The notes under the pieces: model-generated
Told to the model about the DNA's origin: nothing
What the model saw: only the letters and a program-made list of their open reading frames with translations
The model's database searches: none
Made by a program: the position numbers and the translations under genes
NCBI GenBank assembly: GCA_963842525.1
Contig: CAWJGT010000025.1
Location: forward strand, 192,001 to 256,000
Direction: 5' to 3'
Source of the DNA: an uncultured Holophagales bacterium
GTDB lineage: Bacteria > Acidobacteriota > Thermoanaerobaculia > Multivoradales > UBA5704
DNA: 64,000 nucleotides
Part shown: one piece after another, positions 10,137 through 20,582 of the stretch
Position numbering within the stretch: the stretch's first letter is position 1
How the letters are laid out: every line of letters starts with the position of its first letter

Positions 10137-10964
10137 CTACTCCTTCGTGATTTCCAGCAGCTCGACGTCGAAGACGAGCAGGCCCTCGGGCATGTCGGGG
10201 GCGCCGCGGTAGGCGAGCTTCTTGGGAATCCAGAAGCGCCGCGTCTCGCCCTCGACCATGAGCGGGATCCCCTCGGTCCAGCCGGGGATCACCTTGCGCA
10301 GGCTGAAGACGGCCGGCGCTCCCTTGGCGAGCGAGGAGTCGAACATCTTCCCGTCGGTGGTCCAGCCGGTGTAGTGGACCCTGACCATGCTGTCCGCCCG
10401 CGGATTGCGGGTGCCGGTGCCGGGGGTGAGGACCTTGGAGGCCAGGCCGGACTTCGTGACCTGGGCGTCGGCCGGCGGCGCGGCCACGTCCGGCGGCGCC
10501 GGCGGGACGCGAAGGAGGTCCTGCAGCTCGACGTCGAAGACCAGCATCCCCTGGGGCCGGTCGGGCCGGCCTTCGTAGGCGAGCTTCGCCGGAATCCACA
10601 GGCGCCGCTTTTCGCCCTCCACCATGAGCTGCAGCCCCTCGCTCCAGCCGGCGATGACCTTGTCGAGAGGCAGGACCATGGGCTTGCCGCGCGCCACGGA
10701 CGAATCGAACATCTTGCCGTCGGTGGTCCAGCCGGTGTAGTGGACCTTGACGGAGTCACCCGCCTGCGGGTGATCGGTGCCGGTGCCGGGGGCGAGGACC
10801 TTGGAGGCCAGGCCGCTCGCCGTGGTCTGGGCGTCAGCCGGCGGCGCGGCCACGTCCGGCGGCGCCGGGATGGGCTCTCCGGCAGGGGTCTGGGCCGTGG
10901 CCAGGAAAGGAGCAGTCAGGGCGAGCAGAACGGCGAGGAGCGGGAGGCGGACGGCGTTCTTCAT
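10137..10964 (-). CDS. FKBP-type peptidyl-prolyl cis-trans isomerase with two tandem domains and a signal peptide
   Basis: Two copies of VHYTGWTTDGKMFDSS...VIxGWxEG...LVFDVEL; N-terminal signal peptide. Confidence 0.92.
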   Translation of the reverse strand: MKNAVRLPLLAVLLALTAPFLATAQTPAGEPIPAPPDVAAPPADAQTTASGLASKVLAPGTGTDHPQAGDSVKVHYTGWTTDGKMFDSSVARGKPMVLPLDKVIAGWSEGLQLMVEGEKRRLWIPAKLAYEGRPDRPQGMLVFDVELQDLLRVPPAPPDVAAPPADAQVTKSGLASKVLTPGTGTRNPRADSMVRVHYTGWTTDGKMFDSSLAKGAPAVFSLRKVIPGWTEGIPLMVEGETRRFWIPKKLAYRGAPDMPEGLLVFDVELLEITKE

Positions 10965-10985
10965 GGCGGCGGTACGCTACCATGT

Positions 10986-11151
10986 CCTCACCCCCTGGCC
11001 CCCTCTCCCGTCTCCCTTCCACCCCCCGCCGGGAGAGGGGGAACGCAACCGAATCCATCGTGCCCAGGATCGCCACCTCCGCATCATCTACGTTCCCCCT
11101 CTCCCGGGGATCGGGTGGGTGGGAGATGGGAGAGGGGGACAGGGGGTGAGG
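10986..11151. repeat. REP-like palindromic element (CCTCACCCCC family)
   Basis: CCTCACCCCCTGGCCCCCTCTCCC...GGGAGAGGGGGACAGGGGGTGAGG inverted arms; the right arm overlaps the 3' end of the neighbouring gene. Confidence 0.8.
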
Positions 11152-11818
11152 TCGCCACATAGACCACATGCCGCGGGCCTCCCCGGCCGGGCCGGCGGCG
11201 CTCGACCCGGAAGCCGGCCTGGCGGAGACGCTTTTCGAAGGCCGCGTCGTGGTCCTCGGACCAGACGGTGAAGACGCCGCCGGGGCTCAGCGCCTCGCGG
11301 GTGCGGCGCAAGGCGTCCGGGCTGTAGAAGGGGTCATCCCGGGCCTGCGTGGCCTCGCGAGGCCCCTCGTACAGGTCCAGGATGATCGCATCGAAGTGTC
11401 CGCTTTCCCCCGTGCCGGCGGCCTCGGCGATCCGCTCCGCGGCATCCCCCAGCTCGATCGTGACCCGCGGATCGGCCACGGCCCCGCCGGTGAGCCCGGC
11501 CAGGGGGCCGCGGCACCAGCGGACGATCGCGGGATTGATCTCGGCGACCAGCACCCGGGCTCCGCGCGGAAGCCGGTCGAGGGCGGCGCGCAGTGTGTAG
11601 CCCATCCCCAGGCCGCCGATCAGCACCCGCGGCCTTGGCCGTCCGGCGATCCGCTGGCAGGCGATCTCCGCCACCGCGGCCTCGGAGAGGTGGGCCGCGC
11701 TGTTCATCAGCACCCGCCCGCCGACCGTGATGACGAAGTCCGACTCCCCGCGCTGCCGCAGCTCCAGCCGCCCCTCGTCCGTGTCCACGGCGTCGACGGT
11801 CTGCCAGGGACGGGTCAT
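11084..11818 (-). CDS. Spermidine synthase-like SAM-dependent methyltransferase fold protein
   Basis: MTRPWQTVD...VLMNS...VLIGGLGMGYTL...FDAIILDLYEGP...VWS. ATG overlaps the TPR gene stop. Confidence 0.8.
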   Translation of the reverse strand: MTRPWQTVDAVDTDEGRLELRQRGESDFVITVGGRVLMNSAAHLSEAAVAEIACQRIAGRPRPRVLIGGLGMGYTLRAALDRLPRGARVLVAEINPAIVRWCRGPLAGLTGGAVADPRVTIELGDAAERIAEAAGTGESGHFDAIILDLYEGPREATQARDDPFYSPDALRRTREALSPGGVFTVWSEDHDAAFEKRLRQAGFRVERRRPGRGGPRHVVYVATSPPVPLSHLPPTRSPGEGERR

Positions 11819-13695
11819 CGGCCCAGCAGCTCCAGTCTCTGCCGGGCCGCCGCCATCCCGGGATCGAGCTCCAGGCAGTGGATGTAGGTCTGGCGGGCCT
11901 CCGGGAGACGGCCCATCCGCTCGAAGGTGACGGCCAGGTTGTAGCAGGTGACCGCGGACTGGGGCTGGCGGCGCAGGGCTTCGGCCAGAAGGCGGGCGGC
12001 CCCGGCAAGGTCGCCACGCCGGGCGAGGAGGGTGGCGGCCCGGGTGTAGACCGCCACACGCGCCGGGTCCTCCTCCAGGGTCGCGAGGTAGTGCTGGAGG
12101 GCCTCGTCGGTCCGGCCCCGTTCCTCGAGGAGCACGGCCAGACCCTGGTGGGCGTCGACGAGCCGCGGAGCGAGGTCGAGCGCCGTCCGGAGCTGGGAGA
12201 CAGCCTCGTCCTTCCGTCCGAGATCCACCAGCGCGGAGGCCAGCGACACGCGGTAGCGGGCCTCCTTCGGCCGGATCGCCACGGCCTGCCGGAGGTGACG
12301 GACGGCCTCCTGGGGCCTCCTCCATTTGCGCAGGTTGGTCCCCAGTCCGGCGTGCGCCTCGGTCAGCTTTGGACGGAGCCGCAGCGCCTCGCGGAAATGC
12401 CTCTCCGCCGCCTCGCGGTCGTCTCGCCGCGCCAGCTCGGATGCGAGGTTCAGGTGCGCGAGGTAGTTGTCCTCGGTCACCGCGATCGCATGGCCGAACA
12501 GGGTCACGCCGTCCTTCCAGGTTGCGGCCTGGGCGCGCGTGAGGATCCCCAGGATCGCCACGACGACGACCGCCAGCGTCGAGGCCGCCGCGCGAACCGG
12601 TCGCGCCTTCTGGCTGCGGACCAACTCGGCGATTCCCCAGACCACGGCCAGGCAGAGGCCGATCGAGGGGAGGTAGGTGTAGCGGTCGGCCATGGCTTGG
12701 CGGCCCACCTGCACCAGACCGATCACCGGCACGAGCATGCCCGCGAACCAGAGCCAGCCGACCGCCAGCCAGGGCGCCCGCTGAAGGCGCGCCAGGGCCA
12801 GCGCGGTCAGGGCGGCGAGCAGGACCGCCGCCGCCACCGGCTGCCAGAGCGGGACGGAGACCCGGAAGGGATAGAAGACCGCCAGGTGGCTCGGCCAGAA
12901 AGTCTGCCCGAGATAGGCCGCGTACGAGACCAGCGCGTTCGCCACCCGCTGCCGCATGGATACGGCCTCGAGCGAGGCAATCGGCCCCTGCTGGACATAG
13001 ACCGTAATCGCGCTCGCGGCCGCCGCGAGGACGAAGAAGGGAATCTTTTCGCGGAGGAGAGGCCACAGCCCGCGGGGGGAGAGATCGTTCAACGGGAGCC
13101 GCCTCAGGGGCCAGACGTCGAGCAGGACGAGGACGCAAGGCAGGGTGACCAGCATCGGCTTCGAAAGCAGCCCGAGGGCGAGAGTCAGGGCGGCGAGCAG
13201 ATACCTGCCGAGGGTCCGTTTCCGGGCGTAGCCGTGCCAGGCCCAGAGCGTGAGCAGGAAGAAGAGGCCGCTCAGGACGTCCTTGCGCTCGGAGACCCAG
13301 GCCACGGACTCGACATGGGTGGGGTGGACCGCGAAGAGGGCCGCCACCAGGGCGCTGCGCCAGACCGCGCCGGTCATCCGCCGCAGCACCGCGAAGAGGA
13401 GCCAGACATTGACGAGGTGGAGCAGCAGGTTCGTCAGGTGGTGGCCCTTGGGATTGAGGCCGTAGAGCTCGACGTCCAGCATGTGGCTGAGCACGGTGAG
13501 CGGGTGCCAGTTGGCCGCCACGCTGGCCTGCCAGGCCCAGAGGAATTCCTCCGCGTCGAGCCCCTGCTGCACGTGGCGGTTGGACGTCACATAGAGGTTG
13601 TCGTCGTAGTTGACGAAGCCGCTGTCGAGCACCGGCAGGTAGACGGCCAGGGTGAGGAGGCAGAGGGCCAGGCCGATCAGGAACGGCCGGGGCAT
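11815..13695 (-). CDS. TMTC-like GT-C membrane glycosyltransferase with C-terminal TPR repeats
   Basis: FVNYDD, WHPLT, HPTHVESVAWVSERKD, ADRYTYLP, multiple TM helices, TPR repeats. Confidence 0.85.
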   Translation of the reverse strand: MPRPFLIGLALCLLTLAVYLPVLDSGFVNYDDNLYVTSNRHVQQGLDAEEFLWAWQASVAANWHPLTVLSHMLDVELYGLNPKGHHLTNLLLHLVNVWLLFAVLRRMTGAVWRSALVAALFAVHPTHVESVAWVSERKDVLSGLFFLLTLWAWHGYARKRTLGRYLLAALTLALGLLSKPMLVTLPCVLVLLDVWPLRRLPLNDLSPRGLWPLLREKIPFFVLAAAASAITVYVQQGPIASLEAVSMRQRVANALVSYAAYLGQTFWPSHLAVFYPFRVSVPLWQPVAAAVLLAALTALALARLQRAPWLAVGWLWFAGMLVPVIGLVQVGRQAMADRYTYLPSIGLCLAVVWGIAELVRSQKARPVRAAASTLAVVVVAILGILTRAQAATWKDGVTLFGHAIAVTEDNYLAHLNLASELARRDDREAAERHFREALRLRPKLTEAHAGLGTNLRKWRRPQEAVRHLRQAVAIRPKEARYRVSLASALVDLGRKDEAVSQLRTALDLAPRLVDAHQGLAVLLEERGRTDEALQHYLATLEEDPARVAVYTRAATLLARRGDLAGAARLLAEALRRQPQSAVTCYNLAVTFERMGRLPEARQTYIHCLELDPGMAAARQRLELLGR

Positions 13696-13758
13696 GGGCG
13701 AGGAAGAAGGCGGGAGCCTCCATCGGATTCGGGGGACAGGCGGCGGCAGGACTGGGGA

Positions 13759-14091
13759 CTAGGTGGTGGGGAGGTCCTCTCCCTCCGTCTCGATCTCCGG
13801 GTGCTCGTCGAGATACTGCTCCGCCTGGGCGCGGTGCTCCGGGTTGAGCGAGGCCAGGTAGAGGACGGCCTGGAAGGGATCGGTCACCTCGTCCTCCCCG
13901 AGCCGCTCGAGCACCGCGGTCACGAACCCCCGGGCCACGGTGCTGGCCTTCTCGGGCGGCAGGCCCTCGCCGAGCGGCAGGGATGCGTCGGCGAGCAGGT
14001 CGCTCCGCCGGCGCCAGTCGAGCACCGCCAGCCGGCCGACCCAGGCGTCGACGGTCTTCTTCATATCGTCGTTGAGCTTCTCGTAGAGCAT
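13759..14091 (-). CDS. Hypothetical protein
   Basis: 110-aa ORF with high GC3 codon usage, co-oriented with the flanking genes. Confidence 0.7.
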   Translation of the reverse strand: MLYEKLNDDMKKTVDAWVGRLAVLDWRRRSDLLADASLPLGEGLPPEKASTVARGFVTAVLERLGEDEVTDPFQAVLYLASLNPEHRAQAEQYLDEHPEIETEGEDLPTT

Positions 14092-14098
14092 CGTGGCC

Positions 14099-15241
14099 TC
14101 AGCCGAAGAGACTGTCCAGCTCCTCGTTGTCGGGCTCGGAGCCGGCCTGCGGGGAACGGCCCCTCTCCTCCGCGCTCCGCTTGAGGAGGAGGGCGCGGCG
14201 CTTCTCGACCGCCTCCAGCCAGAGGGGGACGAAGGCGACGAGGTCCTGGAGGAGCTTGTCCACGTCGGCCAGAAGTGCGGCGGCCCGGCGGCTCAACACG
14301 CCATGGACGGCGAGCAGGTCGCGCACGTTCTGCTCCCGGTCCGGGCGCGACCCGGACGGCGCGGACTTCATGCTGTCGATCGTGTCGCTGCCGGTCTCGT
14401 GCAGCTCGAGGACCAGCCGGCAGCGGGTGGGGATCTCGGTGGCGTAGCGGTCGAGCAGCTCCATCTCGTAGAAGCGGACGCCGCGCAGGGGGAGGACCTC
14501 CTTGAGCTTCGGAGCCAGCCCGTTGAGGAGGATCTCCAGGAAGTACTTGCTGCCGCGCCAGGCCTGGCGGGAGGGGAGGGTCTCCTCGTGCCGCATCTGC
14601 TCGGCCGGCTGGGTCAGGTGCTGGGGCCGCACGAGGTCCAGCTTGTCCAGGTAGTCGCGCAGGCGGACCAGGGTGGCGTGCAGCCACTCGGCCTCCTCGA
14701 TGTCCTTGGGGAAGCGCCGCGACAGGAAATAGTCCTTGTCATGCGAGCTGCGCGGGTCCCGGGCCATCAGCTCGCCGAAGGTCTCCTGGAGGAAGGCGTG
14801 AAGCTGGCCGATGGTCACGCAGAGCAGCTTGCGGACCTCCAGGAGCTGCTCCGGGGGGACCTTCTCGGGGAAGCGGTCGATCTCGCGCAGCACGTGGCGC
14901 TCGAGCATCTCGGCGGCCGATTGGGCATGCTGGCGGGCCTCTTCCAGCCCGGGGATGCGCGATGGGACCGCGACCAGAGGCGCAATGCGGTCGCGGATCA
15001 GCTCCGCGATCTGCCGCACCTTCCCCCAGATATCAAGCACCCGCTCGGGCGAGCAGTGGAGGATGGCGTAGTTGCTCTCCAGGATGCCGTCGAGCAGCCG
15101 GATACAGCCCAGGAACGCGCGGACGCGTGGGTTCTGGTAGTTGATCCGCTCCAGCGCCCATTCGACCGCCGTCACTCCCTCGGGCAGAACGACCTGATGG
15201 CCGCTGACCTGGATCACCTGCTTGGGCTTCGGCGCGCTCAT
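14099..15241 (-). CDS. Hypothetical alpha-helical protein
   Basis: Long ORF with typical codon usage from MSAPKPKQ; the upstream extension overlaps the PIN gene and was discarded. Confidence 0.7.
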   Translation of the reverse strand: MSAPKPKQVIQVSGHQVVLPEGVTAVEWALERINYQNPRVRAFLGCIRLLDGILESNYAILHCSPERVLDIWGKVRQIAELIRDRIAPLVAVPSRIPGLEEARQHAQSAAEMLERHVLREIDRFPEKVPPEQLLEVRKLLCVTIGQLHAFLQETFGELMARDPRSSHDKDYFLSRRFPKDIEEAEWLHATLVRLRDYLDKLDLVRPQHLTQPAEQMRHEETLPSRQAWRGSKYFLEILLNGLAPKLKEVLPLRGVRFYEMELLDRYATEIPTRCRLVLELHETGSDTIDSMKSAPSGSRPDREQNVRDLLAVHGVLSRRAAALLADVDKLLQDLVAFVPLWLEAVEKRRALLLKRSAEERGRSPQAGSEPDNEELDSLFG

Positions 15242-15288
15242 GGGACTGGCGTCTAGGTTAACCCATTCGGGCCTGAGGTGAGCCAAAA

Positions 15289-15704
15289 CTAGCGCCAGCG
15301 TCTGGACGGCCGATCCAAAAACTCCGAGAGGGTAACCAGGGTATGGCCTCCGGTCGCCATGGAGAGTCTCGCCATGAACGGCTCTGTATGCTCCACGATG
15401 GTTCGGCGAATCCACCGCAACTTTCGGACGAAGAGCTCGGCGCGCTCCCGATTGGTGCCCTTGCCCACCAGGATGAAGACCTTCACCCCATGGACCATCA
15501 AGGCGATCTGCTCCTCAGGAGCATCCCTGAGGTGATCCTTTGTGATCGCGATCCAACCCTTTTCTCCTACAAAGGGAAGCCATTCCACATCAGGTGTTGC
15601 AGGTGGAAAATGATCGTGAAGCTCTTCGACCCGGAGGCCGGCCAATCTCAGATGTGCAGCGAAGAGGCCTCGGAGATTCTCATCGACAAAAAACGTCGGT
15701 TCAT
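15289..15704 (-). CDS. VapC45-like PIN-domain toxin (start apparently 1 nt out of frame)
   Basis: FFVDENL...D.EWLPFVGEKGWIAITKD. ATGA overlap with the antitoxin stop at 15701-15704. Confidence 0.75.
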
Positions 15705-16423
15705 GCTGCCGCGCGTTCGTAGAAGATGGCGGCTTCAATTTCGTAGGGTTCCAGTCCGTAGTCCTGCGCCACGTCTTCTGGCAGCTCGCCGGCATCGATC
15801 CTGCCGACAACTGCCGAAGTACGAATACCTCTCGAGACGAGGATCGGCCGGCCGAACGAGATGGCGGGATCGATCATGATCAGCTTCGGTGCAAGTTTCA
15901 GTGCATCAATGTCGTAGGAGCCCGTGGGGAACATCCTCGTAGGAAGCCCGAAAGGATTCCTGTTCACCCGTTCGAGCACAGCTCTGAGCAGCTCTTTCGT
16001 AGCAAGTTGACCGGAAAGATTGAGATTGATGAGCTGGCCGAACCTTTCCAGGAACACATTCCCGGGCATCGCCTGCAGCTCCCTGCTCAGAAGCAGACGC
16101 GAGATGCCGAACTCTTTCTCGGCATAATCGAGCGCCTGCCGAACTGCAGCCATCTTGACACCATGGTCGACCCGCAGAGCCCGCAGTACCCACGCCTCGA
16201 TCAGATTATTGAACGACAGAAGCTGTCCGGTCTTGATGAGAGGCGGCCAACGCTCTATCCCTCCTCCCTTTGGGTAGCTCCGTCCCCGGACCCAAGAGCG
16301 CAGCGTCGAAGGCGAGATGTGCAGATAGTGAGATGCCCGCGCGACCGAATAGCGCGGCTTTTCCTCTGGAGTCAGGTCCCCATAGAGGAGTCGAAACGAT
16401 TCCGAGCGGTTGATCACAGGCAC
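15701..16423 (-). CDS. DUF433-domain antitoxin (VapB45-like) with N-terminal HTH
   Basis: YSVARASHYLHISPSTLRSW (HTH); IDPAISFGRPIL...AGELPEDVAQDYGL...IEAAI (DUF433). Confidence 0.85.
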   Translation of the reverse strand: MPVINRSESFRLLYGDLTPEEKPRYSVARASHYLHISPSTLRSWVRGRSYPKGGGIERWPPLIKTGQLLSFNNLIEAWVLRALRVDHGVKMAAVRQALDYAEKEFGISRLLLSRELQAMPGNVFLERFGQLINLNLSGQLATKELLRAVLERVNRNPFGLPTRMFPTGSYDIDALKLAPKLIMIDPAISFGRPILVSRGIRTSAVVGRIDAGELPEDVAQDYGLEPYEIEAAIFYERAAA

Positions 16424-16550
16424 CCCAAGCGATAATTTACGCCCGTATTACGTCCCTGTCAATACGCCGACGCATTTCCGCATGTCCACTTCGGCTCGCA
16501 GCGGTGCTATCATCACCTCATCGTCACGCCCTTCCCTTCCCGCCAGCCGC

Positions 16551-18478
16551 ATGGGCTCGAGTGGGTCTTCTGCCAGGACCGTTCGGAGAGTGATCGCACG
16601 CGCCCGGCCGAGGAGCTGGCCGCCGCCCTACGCGAAGACCGGCCGATCCGGCTCGACGGCGCCGTCGTCGATGGCGAGATCCGGCTCGACGGCATCGCCT
16701 ATTCGCACCGGCTGGTCGTCCACAACACCGTCTTCACCGGCCCGGTCCATCTGACCGAGGGGCGGTTCGCCCATACGGTCGACCTCTCGGGGTGCGAATT
16801 CCGCGAGGGGATCAACCTGTTCGACACACGGATCGACGGCCAGCTCAAGCTGCCGCGGGCGGTTATCCGCAAGGGAGAGCGCCGGCCGGTCGTCCACAAC
16901 TTCGACCAGATCGAGGTCCGAGGGCGGCTCGACGGCACGCAGCTCACCTCCGAGATTCGCCTCTCCTTCCGCCAGGCCCGGCTCGGCGAGGTCGGGTTCG
17001 ATGGCGTCCGGGTGGACGGCGACCTCGAATTCCAACTCGCCGCGATCGACGGCGACTTCTTCTGCCATCCGACCCAGGGGCCGCGACGGCAGCGGCCGGA
17101 GATCCGCGGCGACCTCTTTCTGACCGGCGCCCGGGTCGGCGGCCAGATCAGCCTGCGGGGCGCCCGCATCGGCAGCGGGGATGGCGGAGGCGGCCTCCAG
17201 CTCGTCAACGCCCAAGTCCGCGAGGACCTGCGCTGCGCGCGGGATGGCGACTTCCGGCTGGAGAACTTCGGGCCGGTGTCGCTCGCCGGCGCCAAGGTGG
17301 GCGGCCTGGTGCACTTCGGCGGCGCCCGGCTCGGCACGGAGGCGTCCGGGGACCGGGAGACCTGCCGCAACGCGGTCTGGCTCCAGGGGGCCGAGATCGG
17401 GCGCGGCCTCCATTTCTGCCCCGAAGGTGACCTCCCGACCGAGGTCTTCGGCCACATCTTCGGGGTGTCCGCCCACATCTCCCACCAGCTCCTCTTCGAC
17501 CGTGCCCGCATCCACGGCGACCTGAACCTGCAACGGGCGGTGGTCAACGGCCGCCTCCTCTGCGCCTTCGACGAGGACTACTACCGCATGAACCCGGGCG
17601 CCCCGGGCCGCGACTTCGCTGGGCGGCTGCTCGTGGACGGGAACGTGATCCTGACCGGCGCCCAGGTGCAGGAGCTGGTGGTGGACGGCCGGCTGTTCGA
17701 CGTGGCCGACGCGGCGCCGCCCTGCCCCTCCACCCACCGGGCCGAGCGCCGGACCTTCTTCCGGCGGATGATCACCGGCGGGCTCGAGTCGGCCGAGGAC
17801 GACAGCCGTCTCAAGCTCGACCGGGCGCGCCTCTCGAAGCTCCAGTTCGTCGAGCGGCTCCCTGATCGGATCGGCGCCGACGGCATGACGTTCGACGACC
17901 TGCAGCTCCCGGGCGGGAGCTGCAAATACAGCGAGCTGCTGCGCCGCACGCGGCCGTTCAAGCGCAGCACCTACCTGGCGGTCGAGGCCTGGCTACGCAA
18001 CAAGGGCTTCGAGAAAGAGGCGGCGCGGGTCTACATCGACATGAGCGACCGCGACCTGAACGCCGGCGAATCGGCCCGGCTCGGCCGCTGGCTCCGGTGG
18101 CTGGCCCTGGGGGTGACGATCGGCTACGGCGTCCGGCCGCGCCGGCTGCTCTGGCTGTTCCTTCTCTCGCTCGCCCTGTCGCTCTGGATCTTTTCGCAGC
18201 CGGACGCGCTGGTCAGCTATTCCGAACGGACGGCCCTGGCACCCGACTCCCTGCCAGCCCAGGCGCAGAGCGCCTGGGTGACTCTGGGGGCGGCCCTGCG
18301 CTGCCACTTCCCCATGCTCTTCTTCGTGGGAGACCCGAACTTCGTCCCCTCGCCGCACCCGATCGCCGGCCTCTCGCTCACCTACGCCGGCTACGCCCTG
18401 CTTGTCTCCACCCTGAGCTGGGTCCTGGTGCCGCTCTTCCTCGCCGGCATCACCGGGATCGTGCGCCAGCGGCAGTAG
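16551..18478 (+). CDS. Beta-helix/pentapeptide-like repeat protein with C-terminal membrane region (start uncertain, probable indel near 16600)
   Basis: Frame is open from ~16607 (AEELAAALREDRPIRLDGAVVDG...) into ORF 17012..18478. Repeated L.GA.I.G.L motifs; C-terminal GYGVRP.R and TM helices. Confidence 0.7.
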
Positions 18479-20438
18479 GAGTCTTCCGCCGCCGAGGCCC
18501 CTCGGAGACGGGAGATGGGATCTGCTCCGGCACCCGCAGGTCCTCCAGATAGACGCGCAGGATCTCCCCTACGCTCATGGCGAAGGCGGAGCAACCCCGG
18601 GGCAGGTGGGGCGCGTCGCCGTCGTACATCTCGGCGAGCGAGCCGACGCAGCCGAGCGCGAGCTCGGGGAAGAGCACGCGGGCCATCTCCAGTGCCTTGC
18701 GGCGGCCCGCGTCGCCGCGGAAGCGCACCAGGCCGGTGAGGAACGGGCCCAGAAACCAGGGCCAGGCTGTGCCCCGGTGCGTTGCGGCTTCGCGGGTCTC
18801 GGGGTCCCCTGTGTACCTGGGGATGTAGTCGGGGTGGGACGGGTCCAGGGTGCGCAGGCCGCCCGGAGTGTACAGGGTGTCCTCGACGTGGCGCAGGAGG
18901 CTCATGGCTCGCGGCTTGGTCAGCAGCGGGAACGGCAGCCCCACGGCCAGGACCTGGTTGGGGCGCACCGTCGCATCGCGCCGGCCGCCTTCGATCGCAT
19001 CCGCGAGATGCCCTCCCTCCTCGTCCCAGAACAGCTCGACGAAGCGCTTCTTGGCCGCGGTCGCCCGCCGGGCGAGGACCCTTCCGGCCTCGGGATCGCC
19101 GAGGCGAGTCTCGAAGTCCGAGAGGATCGCCAGGGCATTGCACCAGAGCGCGTTGACGTCCACCGCCTTGCCTATCCATGTGAAGGAGCGCTCCGGATCG
19201 GGCGTCTCGACGAGGCCGTCCTCGGTGACCCGCGCGGACCCGGTACCCTCGTCATAGGCCGCAAGGACCTTCCGCAGGACCGGCAACAGGGTGGAGCGGA
19301 CGAATTTCTCGTCGCCCGTGGCCTGGACGTAGCGGAAGCCGGTCACGAACAGCCAGAGCGGGGTGTCCGCTGGGGCCGCTGGGGTGGCCGCAGGCTCGGG
19401 GGCGGTGTCCGCCAAGACCCCGGCGCGCCAGGTGCGGGCGATGCCGCGCAGGACCTTCTGAGCGTCGTCGCTGCGCCCGGTCCGGAGGCAGAGGCCGGGC
19501 AAGGCGATCAGCGCGTCGCGGGTCCGGATCCCGTACCAGGGATAGCCGGCGAGGATGGCGCGCTGCGTCCCCCCTGGGCTCACCACGAATTGGTCCGCCG
19601 CGAGCGCGAGGACGCGGGAGAGCCGGTCTTCCACAGGCAGCCGGGCGACCAGCTTTTCGCGCCGCCGCTGCTCGCGTGCGAAGAGGTCCAGTGCGTCGCG
19701 GCTCCCAGGATCTCCGGTCGAGGCGATCACGCCGATGCGGTCCCCCGGTCCGACCTCCAGCCGGAGAGGGCCCGGAGTCCACAGGTCCTCCTGGAAGTCG
19801 AACCCACGCTCGCGGTCCTCCATGTACACGAACCGGTACCACCAGTCCGGCCGCGGCAGCAGCTCCGCCCCGTCCACCTTCAGATAGAGGTCGGGGCCGT
19901 CGTTGCGGGACGCGAAGCGCACGAGGCCGGGGCCTGCTTCGATCTCAGGGGTGAGATCGGGATCGGCCGTGATCAGGGCATGGTAGGGCCGGTCGGCCAC
20001 GAAGGGGTGCAGCTCCAGCAGGAACGGCCCGGGCGCCTCCAGGACCTCGTAGACCACCACCGTCGTGTTCTCGCCGTGGACGGCGGCCACGGTCTTGCGC
20101 AGGCGCACGCCAAGGGCTTCGTATTCGAAGACCGGGAACAGGTCGCGCGTGAACGAGGTCAGAAGCTCGTAGCCGCGGGGGCCGATCATGCTGGGGAACT
20201 CGTTGCAGCCCAGGTCGGCCGCACCGTCCGGCAGCACGATCCGCTCCTCCAGCTTGGCAAGCGCGACCCAGCGCTGCGGCAGCTCGCGGGAGGCCACCAG
20301 GAGCCCGTGATAGCGGCGGGTGTTCGCTCCGGAGACCGTCGAAGCCGCCCAGCCGCCGAGCCCGTTCGTCTCCAGCCATTCGAGCCGGGAAGCCCGCTCG
20401 AAATGGCGAATCGTCTCCTCATCCAGATGGATCGCCAT
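18450..20438 (-). CDS. Amylo-alpha-1,6-glucosidase / glycogen debranching enzyme family protein
   Basis: EWLETNGLGG, TRRYHGLL, AADQF, ILAGYPW, GKAVDVNALW, VRPNQ, GLRTL. Confidence 0.9.
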   Translation of the reverse strand: MAIHLDEETIRHFERASRLEWLETNGLGGWAASTVSGANTRRYHGLLVASRELPQRWVALAKLEERIVLPDGAADLGCNEFPSMIGPRGYELLTSFTRDLFPVFEYEALGVRLRKTVAAVHGENTTVVVYEVLEAPGPFLLELHPFVADRPYHALITADPDLTPEIEAGPGLVRFASRNDGPDLYLKVDGAELLPRPDWWYRFVYMEDRERGFDFQEDLWTPGPLRLEVGPGDRIGVIASTGDPGSRDALDLFAREQRRREKLVARLPVEDRLSRVLALAADQFVVSPGGTQRAILAGYPWYGIRTRDALIALPGLCLRTGRSDDAQKVLRGIARTWRAGVLADTAPEPAATPAAPADTPLWLFVTGFRYVQATGDEKFVRSTLLPVLRKVLAAYDEGTGSARVTEDGLVETPDPERSFTWIGKAVDVNALWCNALAILSDFETRLGDPEAGRVLARRATAAKKRFVELFWDEEGGHLADAIEGGRRDATVRPNQVLAVGLPFPLLTKPRAMSLLRHVEDTLYTPGGLRTLDPSHPDYIPRYTGDPETREAATHRGTAWPWFLGPFLTGLVRFRGDAGRRKALEMARVLFPELALGCVGSLAEMYDGDAPHLPRGCSAFAMSVGEILRVYLEDLRVPEQIPSPVSEGPRRRKTPTAAGARSR

Positions 20439-20536
20439 GAAACCCCTCCTCCGTCCGGCCCGTCCTGCCGGTTGCGTCCAAGGTGCAGGGCCGCCGGGGA
20501 ACCCCCGGCCGCGTCGGCGGAGTGTAGCAAAGGGAG

Positions 20537-20582
20537 GACATTACCCTCTTTGTTACCCTCTTTTGGGGAATTACCCTCTTTT
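20537..20582. repeat. TTACCCTCTTT iterated direct repeat, copy at the 3' end of the Fic gene
   Basis: GACATTACCCTCTTTGTTACCCTCTTTTGGGGAATTACCCTCTTT, matching 21642-21688. Confidence 0.8.

Noticed and set aside
11084-13723. 879-aa ORF as a single protein
   Set aside because: Only the last 244 aa (from ATG 11818) are protein-like; the rest overlaps the TPR gene in another frame.
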